DNA of 64,000 nt from an uncultured Actinomycetota bacterium (GCA_963839395.1 CAWIUW010000015.1:333104-397103); one strand, 5' to 3'; counted from the stretch's first letter, positions 10,808 through 20,050 are shown. Notes: generated by a model from the letters alone, not told the origin. Numbers and translations: made by a program.

Positions 10808-11488
10808 TCACCTCACGGTGGGTGCTCGTTGGGTCAGGTATGCCTCGAGACGATCCGCCAGCTCCTTCGGACGGCTGAGAGCGGGGGTGTGTCCGCCGTC
10901 GATCTCGTCCGGCGTGATGCCCAAGCGCTCCTGGGCGACACGGCGGAGGAAGGAGGCCGGGAACACGCGGTCGTCTCGACAGAGCAGGACCCGTACGGGC
11001 ACCTCAGGCCACGCCTCGAGCGGGAGTGGCTCGTGCATGCGAGCCTCGGACTGCGCCCGTCCCCTCCTCAGCGCCTCGGACGCCAATCCCGGCGGCACAT
11101 CCTGATAGAACCACGCGATCTCGTCGTCGTAGCGATCGTGGACTTCCTCTTCGTACCTCGTGTTCCTCCAGTAGTCCGCGGGTGCCTCTCCGGGAGCGGG
11201 GATCATCGGTGCGACCAAGACGAGCAGGTCCACCGCGACGCGATCGCAGACGAGCGGAGCGGTGAAGCCACCCATCGACTGCGCGACCACGACCAGATCC
11301 GTCCGGATGCCGATCGAGTCGATCACGGCGTCGGCATACTCGGGCATCCCGGCCGCGTCGTCTTCACACGGAAGATCTGGGGCGACGGTGTCGTGGCCTC
11401 GCGCGCGCAGCTCGGCCTCCACCAGGTGCCAATACCAACCGACATCGCCGGCGCCGTGTATCAGGACGAACGTGGCCATCGTCGTCAT
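10808..11488 (-). CDS. alpha/beta-hydrolase fold protein
   Basis: MATFVLIHGAGDVGWYW..VVVAQSMGG nucleophile elbow. Confidence 0.75.
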   Translation of the reverse strand: MTTMATFVLIHGAGDVGWYWHLVEAELRARGHDTVAPDLPCEDDAAGMPEYADAVIDSIGIRTDLVVVAQSMGGFTAPLVCDRVAVDLLVLVAPMIPAPGEAPADYWRNTRYEEEVHDRYDDEIAWFYQDVPPGLASEALRRGRAQSEARMHEPLPLEAWPEVPVRVLLCRDDRVFPASFLRRVAQERLGITPDEIDGGHTPALSRPKELADRLEAYLTQRAPTVR

Positions 11489-11501
11489 GCGACCTCTCGA
11501 G

Positions 11502-11546
11502 TGGGCCCTCGGGGGACTCGAACCCCGAACCTCCGGATCAAGAGTC
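11502..11546 (-). repeat. degenerate copy of the 3' half of tRNA-Lys (anticodon arm through acceptor end), about 41/45 identity to the intact gene 650 bp away
   Basis: gtgggccctcgggggactcgaaccccgaacctccggatcaagagtcc versus tgggcccccggggactcgaaccccgaacctgcggattaagagtcc at 12159-12203. Confidence 0.6.
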
Positions 11547-11712
11547 CCAGAAACGGCGTTCGGAACAGTCCTGGTCTATCTGGGTCTCTTCCATTCCAGT
11601 AGGTCAGGATGTCCGTCGGCCGACCACCAACCCGGAACGTCCGGGAGCGGTTGTACCTTCACCGATGGACGGGCCGCTGCCGGTCTGGTGACGCCGAGTC
11701 TCGGAGGACGCG

Positions 11713-12126
11713 ATGAAGATGAAGGGACAACTGAACGTGAAGACCCCGGCCGAATACATCGCCGCCGTGGACGACAAGCGCCGGTCCGACATAGCGGCCC
11801 TCGATGCGCTGATCCGCAAGCACGCGCCGAAGCTCGAGCCGGTCATCATGGGCGGCATGCTCGGCTACGGGCCATTCCACTACCGCTACGCGAGCGGCCG
11901 CGAGGGCGACGCCTGCAAGCTCGCGATCGCCAGCAACGCCTCGTACATCTCGCTGTACTGCTTCGCCTCCGACGCGAAGGGCTACGTCGCCGAGCGGTAC
12001 GTCGATCGGCTCCCGAAGGCCGGCATCGGCAAGACCTGCGTGATGATCAAGAAGCTCGCGGACCTCGACGAGAAGGCGCTCGTGGCGCTCATCAAGGAGA
12101 CCGCGAAGATGGGCCTCGTCGCCTGA
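11713..12126 (+). CDS. DUF1801 (YdhG-like) domain protein
   Basis: 137 aa with good codon bias. N-terminal KTPAEYIAAVDDKRRSDIAALDALIRKHAPK is typical of the family. Confidence 0.65.
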   Translation: MKMKGQLNVKTPAEYIAAVDDKRRSDIAALDALIRKHAPKLEPVIMGGMLGYGPFHYRYASGREGDACKLAIASNASYISLYCFASDAKGYVAERYVDRLPKAGIGKTCVMIKKLADLDEKALVALIKETAKMGLVA

Positions 12127-12155
12127 GCCCGAGCGACGTCGGAGCGGCGGTCATG

Positions 12156-12232
12156 TGGTGGGCCCCCGGGGACTCGAACCCCGAACCTGCGGATTAAGAG
12201 TCCGTTGCTCTGCCGGATTGAGCTAGAGGCCC
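12156..12232 (-). tRNA. tRNA-Lys (anticodon CUU), with encoded CCA
   Basis: GGGCCTCTAGCTCAATCCGGCAGAGCAACGGACTCTTAATCCGCAGGTTCGGGGTTCGAGTCCCCGGGGGCCCACCA folded by hand. Confidence 0.9.
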
Positions 12233-12368
12233 GCGGCAGTCTAGCAACCGTCGGGCGTCACCGGGCTCGCGAGGCCATGTTTGCTCGCATCCCAGAATGG
12301 GGATATCTGGCGCGACGGAACGCTGATGCCGCCATGGAGGCGGCCGCATAGCGAAGGAGGCGTTCACC

Positions 12369-12542
12369 GTGAGCATGACGCCAGAGCATCACCACCACGA
12401 TGAGGCAACCCCGGTCCGCGACCCCGAGGGCGGAAGCGGCCTCGTGGGATACGCGGCGATCAAGTACATCGCGATCGTCGCGATCGTGATCGCGATCCTG
12501 GTCTTCCTGGGGTGGTACCTGATCCCCGCGTTGACCGACTGA
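12369..12542 (+). CDS. small (57 aa) His-rich single-pass membrane protein, hypothetical
   Basis: GAAGGAGG RBS 7 nt upstream of GTG. VSMTPEHHHHDEATPVRDPEGGSGLVGYAAIKYIAIVAIVIAILVFLGWYLIPALTD. Followed by a strong hairpin. Below the 60-aa ORF-track cutoff. Confidence 0.4.
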   Translation: MSMTPEHHHHDEATPVRDPEGGSGLVGYAAIKYIAIVAIVIAILVFLGWYLIPALTD

Positions 12543-12576
12543 CCGAAGCCGGCCGACCGGAACGACGAGAACGTGA

Positions 12577-12613
12577 GAGGCGGCCGCGGCCCCGAAGGGG
12601 CCGCGGCCGCCTC
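12577..12613. terminator. perfect 17-bp GC-rich stem with GAA loop; candidate intrinsic terminator (possibly bidirectional)
   Basis: GAGGCGGCCGCGGCCCC-GAA-GGGGCCGCGGCCGCCTC, followed by GTCTCTC. Lies between the small ORF (+) and tRNA-His (-). Confidence 0.5.
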
Positions 12614-12622
12614 GTCTCTCAG

Positions 12623-12697
12623 GGTGACCGAGGGGACTTGAACCCCCAGCCTCCAGGACCACAACCTGGCGCTCTAACCAGTTGAGCTACGGCCACC
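12623..12697 (-). tRNA. tRNA-His (anticodon GUG) with extra 5' G(-1)
   Basis: GGTGGCCGTAGCTCAACTGGTTAGAGCGCCAGGTTGTGGTCCTGGAGGCTGGGGGTTCAAGTCCCCTCGGTCACC. Confidence 0.9.
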
Positions 12698-12763
12698 ACG
12701 TGCTGCACCAAGCGTACCGGATGCGACCCGGCGGGTTGCCTCGGAAAGCCTGGTCGGGCATCA

Positions 12764-12779
12764 TTGAACGGCCGTTCAA
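12764..12779. promoter_or_regulatory. 16-bp perfect palindrome TTGAACGGCCGTTCAA 20 bp upstream of the aminotransferase start; candidate operator shared with 62158-62173
   Basis: The identical 14-bp core TGAACGGCCGTTCA recurs upstream of the saccharopine dehydrogenase-like gene at 62158. Confidence 0.4.
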
Positions 12780-12799
12780 ACAAGCGAGCCATCCCGGGG

Positions 12800-14185
12800 G
12801 TGGACGACCTGGCAACCAAGGAGACGATCGACTTCGACCTCGAGCTGGTCGACCGCTTGATCGCCGAGGAAGAAGCGTCGCTCGAGCCGAAGCACCGGGC
12901 CTCGATCGAGTACCGCGACGTGGCCGCGCGACATGTCGCCGGCGGGGTCGCGTCCTCGTGGCAGGCCTCGCCCCCACATGCGGTCTTCATCGACAGGGGA
13001 GCGGGCAGTCACATCTGGGACCTCGACGGGAACGAATACGTCGACTATCACCTCGGGTACGGCGCCATGATCGTCGGACACGCGCACCCCAAGGTCGTCG
13101 AGGCGATCGAGAAACGGGCCCGCCTCGGGACGCACTTCGCCCAGCCGACCGCTCAACTCCACGAGATCGGCGAGAACGTCGCGGAACGGTTCGGTCTGCC
13201 GCTCTGGCGGTTCTGCAACTCCGGCACGGAGGCGACACTCGAGGCGGTCCGGTTGATGCGGGCGAACACCGGCAGGGACATGATCGTGAAGATCGAAGGG
13301 ACCTACCACGGTCACCATGACTCGCTGATGTTCTCCGTCGCGCCGGACCCGGAGCTGATCGGCCCGCGCGAGCATCCCGTCACGGTGCCGCAGGCGATGG
13401 GGATCCCGCAGGCTTTCGCCGATCTGGTGCGTGTCGTGCCGTTCAACGACCTGGCCGAGGCCGAGCGGGCGTTCGCGGAGAACGACGGTCGTGTCGCCGG
13501 GATGATCGTGGAGCCGGCGATGATGAACTGCGGCGTCGTGCTGCCGCAGCCCGGCTACCTGGAGGGACTGCGCGAGCTCTGTCACCGACACGGGGCCTAC
13601 CTCGCCTTCGATGAGGTGAAGACCGGGGGGACGATCGCGTGGGGTGGCGCCGTGGAGGCGTTCGGCGTCCAGCCCGACATCGTCACGCTCGCGAAGGCGT
13701 TCGGCGGCGGTGTCCCGTGCGGGGCGATCGGCGCGACCGAGGAGCTCTTCGGGCCGGTCCTTCGAGGCGACCACGACATCGCCGGGACGTTCAACGGGAA
13801 CCCGCTCACGATGGCCGCGGCGAAGGCGACCTTGCTCGAGGTCCTCACACCCGATGCCTACGCGCGTCTGCACGAGGTCGACCGGGCGCTGAAGGACGGC
13901 CTCCGACCGATCATCGACCGGTATCGGCTCCCCGCGTACGTGACGGGGATCGGCGCGAAGGGCTCGGTCACGTACTCCCCGACGGAGGTCCGCGAATACC
14001 GGGACACGATCGGGATCGACGAGCGGATCAGCTACCTGGCGTGGCTGATCCAGCAGAACCGAGGCGTGTTCAAGGCGCCGTGGGCGAAGCAGGAGACCTG
14101 GACGCTCTCGGTCGCCCACTCCGACGACGATGCCCAGCGCTACGTCGACAACTTCGAGGAGTTCGCGGCCGCCGTCGCGAGCTGA
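12800..14185 (+). CDS. class III (PLP-dependent) aminotransferase, GSA-aminomutase/omega-aminotransferase-like, paralog 1
   Basis: HLGYGAMIVGHAHPKVVEAI, NSGTEATLEAVRLMR, DEVKTGG..(PLP lysine region), FNGNPLTMAAA. The start could be GTG 12800 or TTG 12764. Confidence 0.85.
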   Translation: MDDLATKETIDFDLELVDRLIAEEEASLEPKHRASIEYRDVAARHVAGGVASSWQASPPHAVFIDRGAGSHIWDLDGNEYVDYHLGYGAMIVGHAHPKVVEAIEKRARLGTHFAQPTAQLHEIGENVAERFGLPLWRFCNSGTEATLEAVRLMRANTGRDMIVKIEGTYHGHHDSLMFSVAPDPELIGPREHPVTVPQAMGIPQAFADLVRVVPFNDLAEAERAFAENDGRVAGMIVEPAMMNCGVVLPQPGYLEGLRELCHRHGAYLAFDEVKTGGTIAWGGAVEAFGVQPDIVTLAKAFGGGVPCGAIGATEELFGPVLRGDHDIAGTFNGNPLTMAAAKATLLEVLTPDAYARLHEVDRALKDGLRPIIDRYRLPAYVTGIGAKGSVTYSPTEVREYRDTIGIDERISYLAWLIQQNRGVFKAPWAKQETWTLSVAHSDDDAQRYVDNFEEFAAAVAS

Positions 14186-14198
14186 GAAGCTTCGCTCC

Positions 14199-15101
14199 GT
14201 GGGCGAGCGCTGGCTGCAGGTCGAACTGGAGGACGGCCGCTCGCTCGAGGCCGTGGTCCAGGGCGCCTCTGAGGGGACGCTCCTCATCTTCCATCACGGG
14301 AGTCCCGGCTCCGCTCAGCCGTTCGCTCCTTTCGACGAGGCGGCCGCCGAACGGGGTATCACGATCGCGTTCCCGTCTCGCGCCGGCTTCGGCGGATCGA
14401 GCAGGCAGGAGGGAAGGACGGTGGCGAGCGCGGCGGCGGACGCCGCCGCGCTCGCCGACCACCTCGGCCACGAGCGGTTCCTCACGGCCGGTTGGTCGGG
14501 CGGCGGCCCGCACGCTCTCGCTTGCGCGGCACTGCTCCCGGACCGCGTGCAGGCCGCCGCGACCATCGCCGGCGTCGCTCCGTACGACGCCGAGGGGCTG
14601 GACTGGACCGCCGGGATGGGCGAGGACAACCAGGTCGAGTACCCGACCGCGGCCCGTGACCCCGACGAGCTGCTCCGGTGGATGGAACCGCACGTAGAGG
14701 CGATGGCGACGATCGAGGCGGGGCAGATCGTCGCCGAGTGGCGGTCGCTGTTGTCGGGCGTCGATGTCGAACAGGTGACCGGCCAGTTCGGCGACAACTT
14801 CGCCGCCTCTTTGCGCTCGGCTTTCCGCAACGGGCCGTGGGGCTGGTACGACGACGACCTGGCATTCGTCCGCGATTGGGGCTTCGATGTGTCGAAGATC
14901 GGGATTCCCGTCTCGATCTGGCAGGGACGGCAGGACCTCATGGTGCCGATCACCCACGGCGAATGGCTGGCCGCGCATATCCCGGGTGCACGAGCCCACC
15001 TCCGTCCCGAGCACGGCCACCTGTCGCTCGGCATCGGCGCGTTCGGGGAGGTCCTCGACGAGCTCCTCCTCGCCGCAGGTCCGTCTACCATCGGGGCGTG
15101 A
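14199..15101 (+). CDS. alpha/beta-hydrolase fold protein
   Basis: GWSGGG nucleophile elbow. The GTG start at 14199 is preferred over the overlapping 14130. Confidence 0.7.
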   Translation: MGERWLQVELEDGRSLEAVVQGASEGTLLIFHHGSPGSAQPFAPFDEAAAERGITIAFPSRAGFGGSSRQEGRTVASAAADAAALADHLGHERFLTAGWSGGGPHALACAALLPDRVQAAATIAGVAPYDAEGLDWTAGMGEDNQVEYPTAARDPDELLRWMEPHVEAMATIEAGQIVAEWRSLLSGVDVEQVTGQFGDNFAASLRSAFRNGPWGWYDDDLAFVRDWGFDVSKIGIPVSIWQGRQDLMVPITHGEWLAAHIPGARAHLRPEHGHLSLGIGAFGEVLDELLLAAGPSTIGA

Positions 15102-15577
15102 GTCCGTCGCAGCCCGAGGTCCGCAAGAAGGCCGAGCACCTCGACGCACGGCTCCGGCCGTTCCTCTCCCGCATCGGCGTGCCGGCACTCAGGATCTCCA
15201 TCGGGATCGTGTTCCTCTGGTTCGGGCTCCTGAAGATCTTCGACGTCTCGCCCGTCTCGGAGCTCGTCGCGAAGACGATCTACTGGTTCGACCCGGACGT
15301 CGTCGTCCCGGCGCTAGGCGTGTTCGAGGTCTTCGTCGGCGTCTGCCTGATCGCGGGCCGGCTGATGCGGATCGTGCTGCCCCTCCTCGTCCTGCAGATG
15401 GCGGGCACGTTCCTCGTGCTGGTGATGCACCCGGACGTCGCGTTCCGCGACGGCAACCCGTTGCTGCTCACGGTCGAGGGCGAGTTCGTGATCAAGAACC
15501 TCGTGCTGCTCTCCGCCGCCCTCGTGATCGGCTCACGTCTCGCGCCGATCGGTGAGGGCGGCACGGGCAGCGCCTGA
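15098..15577 (+). CDS. DUF417 (YkgB/RclC-like) membrane protein
   Basis: ALRISIGIVFLWFGLLKIF..TVEGEFVIKNLVLLSAALVIG is typical of DUF417. The GTG overlaps the upstream stop (GTGA). Confidence 0.7.
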   Translation: MSPSQPEVRKKAEHLDARLRPFLSRIGVPALRISIGIVFLWFGLLKIFDVSPVSELVAKTIYWFDPDVVVPALGVFEVFVGVCLIAGRLMRIVLPLLVLQMAGTFLVLVMHPDVAFRDGNPLLLTVEGEFVIKNLVLLSAALVIGSRLAPIGEGGTGSA

Positions 15578-15605
15578 GTCGGCGGACGTCGTAGGCTCCA
15601 CATCC

Positions 15606-16988
15606 ATGGATACCGCCAGGACCGTCGACGTCGACCTCGACTGGGTCGAGGAGCTGACGAAGCGGGAGACCGAGGCGCTCGATCGCAAGCACGCCAGGTC
15701 GCTCTCGTACCGAGAGGAAGCGAAGCGGTTCCTTCCCGGCGGCGTGTCCTCCTCGTGGCAGTCGTGGCCGCCGCATCCGATCTACGTGCGGCGCGGTGAG
15801 GGTTCGCACGTGTGGGACATCGACGGCAACGAGTACGTCGACCTCCACAACGGCTACGGCGTGATGGTCATGGGGCACGCGCATCCCAAGGTGGTCGAGG
15901 CCGTCCAGCGGCGCGTCGCGGAAGGAACGCACTTCGCGCAGCCGACGGAGGAGGCGCTCCCGGTCGCGGAGAACCTCGCCGAGCGGTATCGCCTCCCGCA
16001 ATGGCGCTTCGGCAACTCCGGCACCGAGGCGACGCTCGATGCCTGCCGGATCTCCCGCGCGCTGACCGGTCGGTCGAGGATCCTGAAGATCGAGGGCACC
16101 TACCACGGTCATCACGACTCGCTGATGGTGAGCGTGTTCCCGTCGGAGGAGAAGGCCGGCCCGCGCGAGCACCCCGTCGCCGTTCCCCAGACGCTGGGCC
16201 TCCCGAAGGAGTTCGTCGATCTCGTGGTCAACGTGCCGTTCAACGATCTCGAGGCGGCGAAGGAGGCGTTCGCCGAGCACGCGGGGGAGTTCGCCTGCAT
16301 GATCGTGGAGCCCGCGATGACCAACTGCGGGCTGGTGCTACCGGATCCCGGCTACCTCGCCGGACTGAAGGACCTCTGTCGGACCGACGGGGCCCTGTTC
16401 GTGTTCGATGAGGTGAAGACGGGGTTCACGCTCGCGTGGGGCGGCGCCGTCGAGGCGTTCGGCGTCGTGCCAGACCTGATCTGCTTGGCGAAGGCGCTCG
16501 GGGCCGGTCTTCCCTGTGGGGCGATCGGTGGCACCGACGAGGCGATGGGCATGGTGATCAGCGGCGAGCTCGATCAGCAGGGAACGTTCAACGGCAACCC
16601 GCTCACGATGGCCGCCGCGAGGGCAAACCTTCTCGAGGTGCTCACGCCGGAGGCGTACGCGCGGTTCGACGAGCTGAACGCGATCCTCGCGCGCTCCGAG
16701 CAGGTCTGCCGTGACCAGGGACTCCCGGCGAACGCGAAGGTGCTCGGCGCGAAGGGCTCGGTCGAGTTCCGGCGCGAGCCGATCCACGAGTACCGGGACC
16801 TCTGGGACATCGACGACCGGGTGCCGCAGCTCGCGTGGCTCTGGCAGCTGAACCGTGGTGTGTTCAAGTCCCCCGGCTCGAAGTGGGAGAGCTGGACGAC
16901 GTCGATCGTCCATTCCGACGACGACGTGCAGCGCTACGTCGACAACCTCGAGGAGTTCGCCGCCACGGTCACCAACCCGGCTGCCTGA
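15606..16988 (+). CDS. class III aminotransferase, paralog 2 (about 65% identical to the 12800 gene by eye)
   Basis: The same motif set as paralog 1 (GHAHPKVVEAV, NSGTEATLDA, DEVKTGF, FNGNPLTMAAA). Confidence 0.85.
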   Translation: MDTARTVDVDLDWVEELTKRETEALDRKHARSLSYREEAKRFLPGGVSSSWQSWPPHPIYVRRGEGSHVWDIDGNEYVDLHNGYGVMVMGHAHPKVVEAVQRRVAEGTHFAQPTEEALPVAENLAERYRLPQWRFGNSGTEATLDACRISRALTGRSRILKIEGTYHGHHDSLMVSVFPSEEKAGPREHPVAVPQTLGLPKEFVDLVVNVPFNDLEAAKEAFAEHAGEFACMIVEPAMTNCGLVLPDPGYLAGLKDLCRTDGALFVFDEVKTGFTLAWGGAVEAFGVVPDLICLAKALGAGLPCGAIGGTDEAMGMVISGELDQQGTFNGNPLTMAAARANLLEVLTPEAYARFDELNAILARSEQVCRDQGLPANAKVLGAKGSVEFRREPIHEYRDLWDIDDRVPQLAWLWQLNRGVFKSPGSKWESWTTSIVHSDDDVQRYVDNLEEFAATVTNPAA

Positions 16989-17076
16989 TCCGACCGAGTC
17001 GAAACGATCGAAGGTCCGTGACGCTCGAGGGGCGGCCCTTCTGGGCCGCCCCTCGTGTCCGTTCGATGCCGCCGAT

Positions 17077-19918
17077 CTAGGGGAGGGCCACCGACCAGGC
17101 ACCCCGGCCGTGCGTGGCCGCGTAGAGCACCCGGCCCGCGTCCGACGTGTCGATCGTGAGGCCGTATGTGGCGACCGGCGGAAGCCCGGCGGCTGCCTCG
17201 ACCCACACGTTGCTGCCGTCCTCGAGTCGCAGGACGCTGAAGTCCGTCGACACGTAGACGTCACCCGTCTGGTCGTCGAACGCCACGTCGGTGATCGGCT
17301 GGTCGCCGATGTTGGCACTGATGTCCGTCCAGGTCGCGTTGCCCGTGCCCGGATGGAACGTCACCTCGAACACATGACCCGGCTGGCCGGGTGTGTACGC
17401 CTCGTACCCGGAGAACGAGATGAACGCGTGGTTCGAGTTCGTCGGGTCGATGGAGATCCCGCTCACGAACCGCTCGGGCTGTGCGGCCGAATCGATCCTC
17501 CGGTAGCTCACCTGCTGCCGGGGCGCGTTCGCGTTCTTCGAGACGAACACGCGACCGACCCGGGTCCCGGCCCAGAGCGTGCCGGTGTCGCCGCCGGACC
17601 GCTCGACCGCCACGACGTAGTTCCCGAGCTTGTCGCGGCCGTAGAACGTCGACGTCAGGTTCCCGCTCGTGCCCGAACCGATCGGCTTCCAGTTCCCGCA
17701 GGCGTGCTGGAAGGTGCCCGTGTACTCGTTGCAGGTCTCCTCGAGGAAGGCCTGCTCGCCACCGTTGTTCGAGGTGCGCCAGACGCTCTCCATCCCGGTG
17801 AACATCGCACCGCCCACGACCGGATCGGTGATGAGAGGCACGTAGAACGATCGCTGCTCGTTGCTCTTCTGGAGCGGGTCCCCGATCCAGTTCCAGCTGC
17901 CGGGAGCCCCGTCGTCGAAGCTCACGTCGGGGGTCGCGTCGAAGTAGGTGTGGACGCGGATCGAGGTGTCCTCGGCTCCGTAGCCCGACTGGCCGCCGTC
18001 TCCGTCGATCGTCTCCAACCATTCGGGGCTGCCGGAGAAGAGCCAGGTGCCGTTGTCCTGCGTGCCACCCATCAGGTCGTTGGTGGGGTCCTCCGGGTTC
18101 ACGGACAGGCTCTGGAACTGGATCGTGGCGAGCCCGTCGTTCAGCGTGGTCAGCAGCTGGGGCACCGCGCTGAGCCAGTTCTCGCAGTCCGTCAGGTCCG
18201 CACCCTCGATCGGCCTCGAGGCGCACTCGCCAGTGTCGTCCACGTAGGTCCCGTTCGTGCGGATCACGCCGCCGTCTGACCCGACGATCGCGATGTTGGG
18301 GTTGGACGCGAAGACGATCGCGTGCTGGTCGGGGTGCATGCCGAGCGGCGGGTTCTGCGCGTCGTTCGTCATGTCGGTGAACGAGACGCCCGCATCGGTC
18401 GAGCGCATCACCGCGCGCCCGTTCGACCGGCCGTTGCCACCGAACACCGGCAGCTCGTCGTAGTTCATCGCGCCGCCGATCCAGACCGTGTTGGGTTGCC
18501 CCGGCGGCGACTCCACGAACATGTCGTACCCGCACTGGAAATGGCAGAAGAAGTACGAGCCGAAGCCGTCGGTGCCGTTCGCCGGGTTGGACAGCAGCGT
18601 CCAGCCACCGTTCGTGCCCCCCGTGAGCAGGTCACCGGCGGGCACGTTGGCGTCGTCGGTGCGCCAGAGGACCGAGTAGCCCAGGTCGTCCGACGAGTCG
18701 CCCAAGTAGATGCGCGTGTCGGACCCCAGGTCGACCAGGTCGAACTCCGTCCGGTCACCGAACGTGTCGGCCGGGTGGAACGTCTGGAAGACCTGGCGGA
18801 ATTGCGTCGTCCCTTCGTTCGCGGGTGACCGACGCCACAGCCCGTAGCCGAACAACGCGACGTAGACCGTCTCCGGGTCGTTCGGGTCGAGCAGGATCCT
18901 GTTCACGCCACCCTGGAACCAGTCCACGCCTCCGGAAGCGGGTGCCGGGTTCGGGTCACGCGAGAAGACGAGGTCGAACGTCGCGCCGCCGTCGGTCGTC
19001 TCGTACAGACCGAGGGTGGGCGCGTCCGGCGGGGTCCTCCGACCGCCGTTGGCCGAGGAGGAGCCGTGACGCGCCACGGCAGTGCCGATGAAGTAGTGGT
19101 CGGGGTCGGTCGGGTCGATCGCGATCGAACCGATCGAGCGGTCCCTCGCGATCGGCACGCTCGCCGGCACCAGGGTCCACGGGCCCCCGTCGGTCGACGT
19201 GAAGAGGCCGACACCGGCCTCCGAGTCGCCCGAGCCGTTGGGTTCGCCCGTTCCCGCGAAGATCCTGTTCGGGTCGTTCGGGTCGACCGCGAGGGAGCCG
19301 ATCGAGTTCGACGTGATCCCCGCGTCGAGCGGTTGCCAGGCGGGCTCGGCTGCGAGCGCGTCCGGCGCGTGCCACACGCCTCCGCCCGCCGCACCGACCC
19401 AGATCTCGCAGTCGCCCGGCACGCACGTCGGTGAGATCGCCATCGATGTCACGCGACCGGAGTTCTGTGTCGCTCGATCCGTGTAGGTCGCGATCGCAGG
19501 AACCGTCGGCGTCACGGGGCCGAGCTCTTGCCATCCGGCAACGAGCGGGGCGCTCAGACCGGTGCGTGCCGACGGGATCGCCGCGGCGGCGGCGATGGCC
19601 TTCTTGACTTGCTTGAAGCGGATCGTTGCCCGGGGGATCGCGCGGTTCTCGTAGGCCTCAGCGGCCGGACCCCCGAAGCGCTCGGCCTCGCCGCTCTCGC
19701 CGATCTTCTCGCGGACCACGAGGATCGGAAGTTGCCGGTCGCCGCGCAGCGCGATCTCGCGGAGACTCGCCTCCTCCTCGCCCTCGCCTCTCGCGCTCAC
19801 CCGCTCGGTTCTGGAACTGGCTGGGTGTGCTCGTGCTCCATATCACCACGGCGAGCAGCGTGAGCGCGGCGAGAACGGTGATGGCGGTCCGGACGTGGGT
19901 GCGGAGGCGCTTCGACAT
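17077..19918 (-). CDS. secreted BNR/Asp-box repeat protein (sialidase/glycosyl-hydrolase-like beta-propeller); signal peptide in a different frame from the body (apparent indel near 19810-19830)
   Basis: Repeated S-x-D-x-G-x-(T/S)-(W/F) motifs (FTSTDGGPWT, YETTDGGATF, MRSTDAGVSF). The N-terminal MSKRLRTHVRTAITVLAALTLLAVVIW signal peptide ORF (19918 downward) joins the 907-aa body only after a 1-nt shift. Confidence 0.7.
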
Positions 19919-20050
19919 GGGGGGTCCTCCCGAGGTCGTCTGGGGGTCTCACGCTAATGACGTGTCGGCGACCCCGCAACCCAGTCGGCGGACGCGGTCG
20001 GCGGCGACCGCGGGAGCTCTCGTCGCGACCTGCGTCGGTAGACTCGGGTT

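Noticed and set aside
16338-18535. Overlapping 326-aa and 424-aa ORFs antisense or out of frame to the aminotransferase and BNR genes
   Set aside because: Alternative frames of clearly assigned genes. Their composition is R/G/P/A-dominated.
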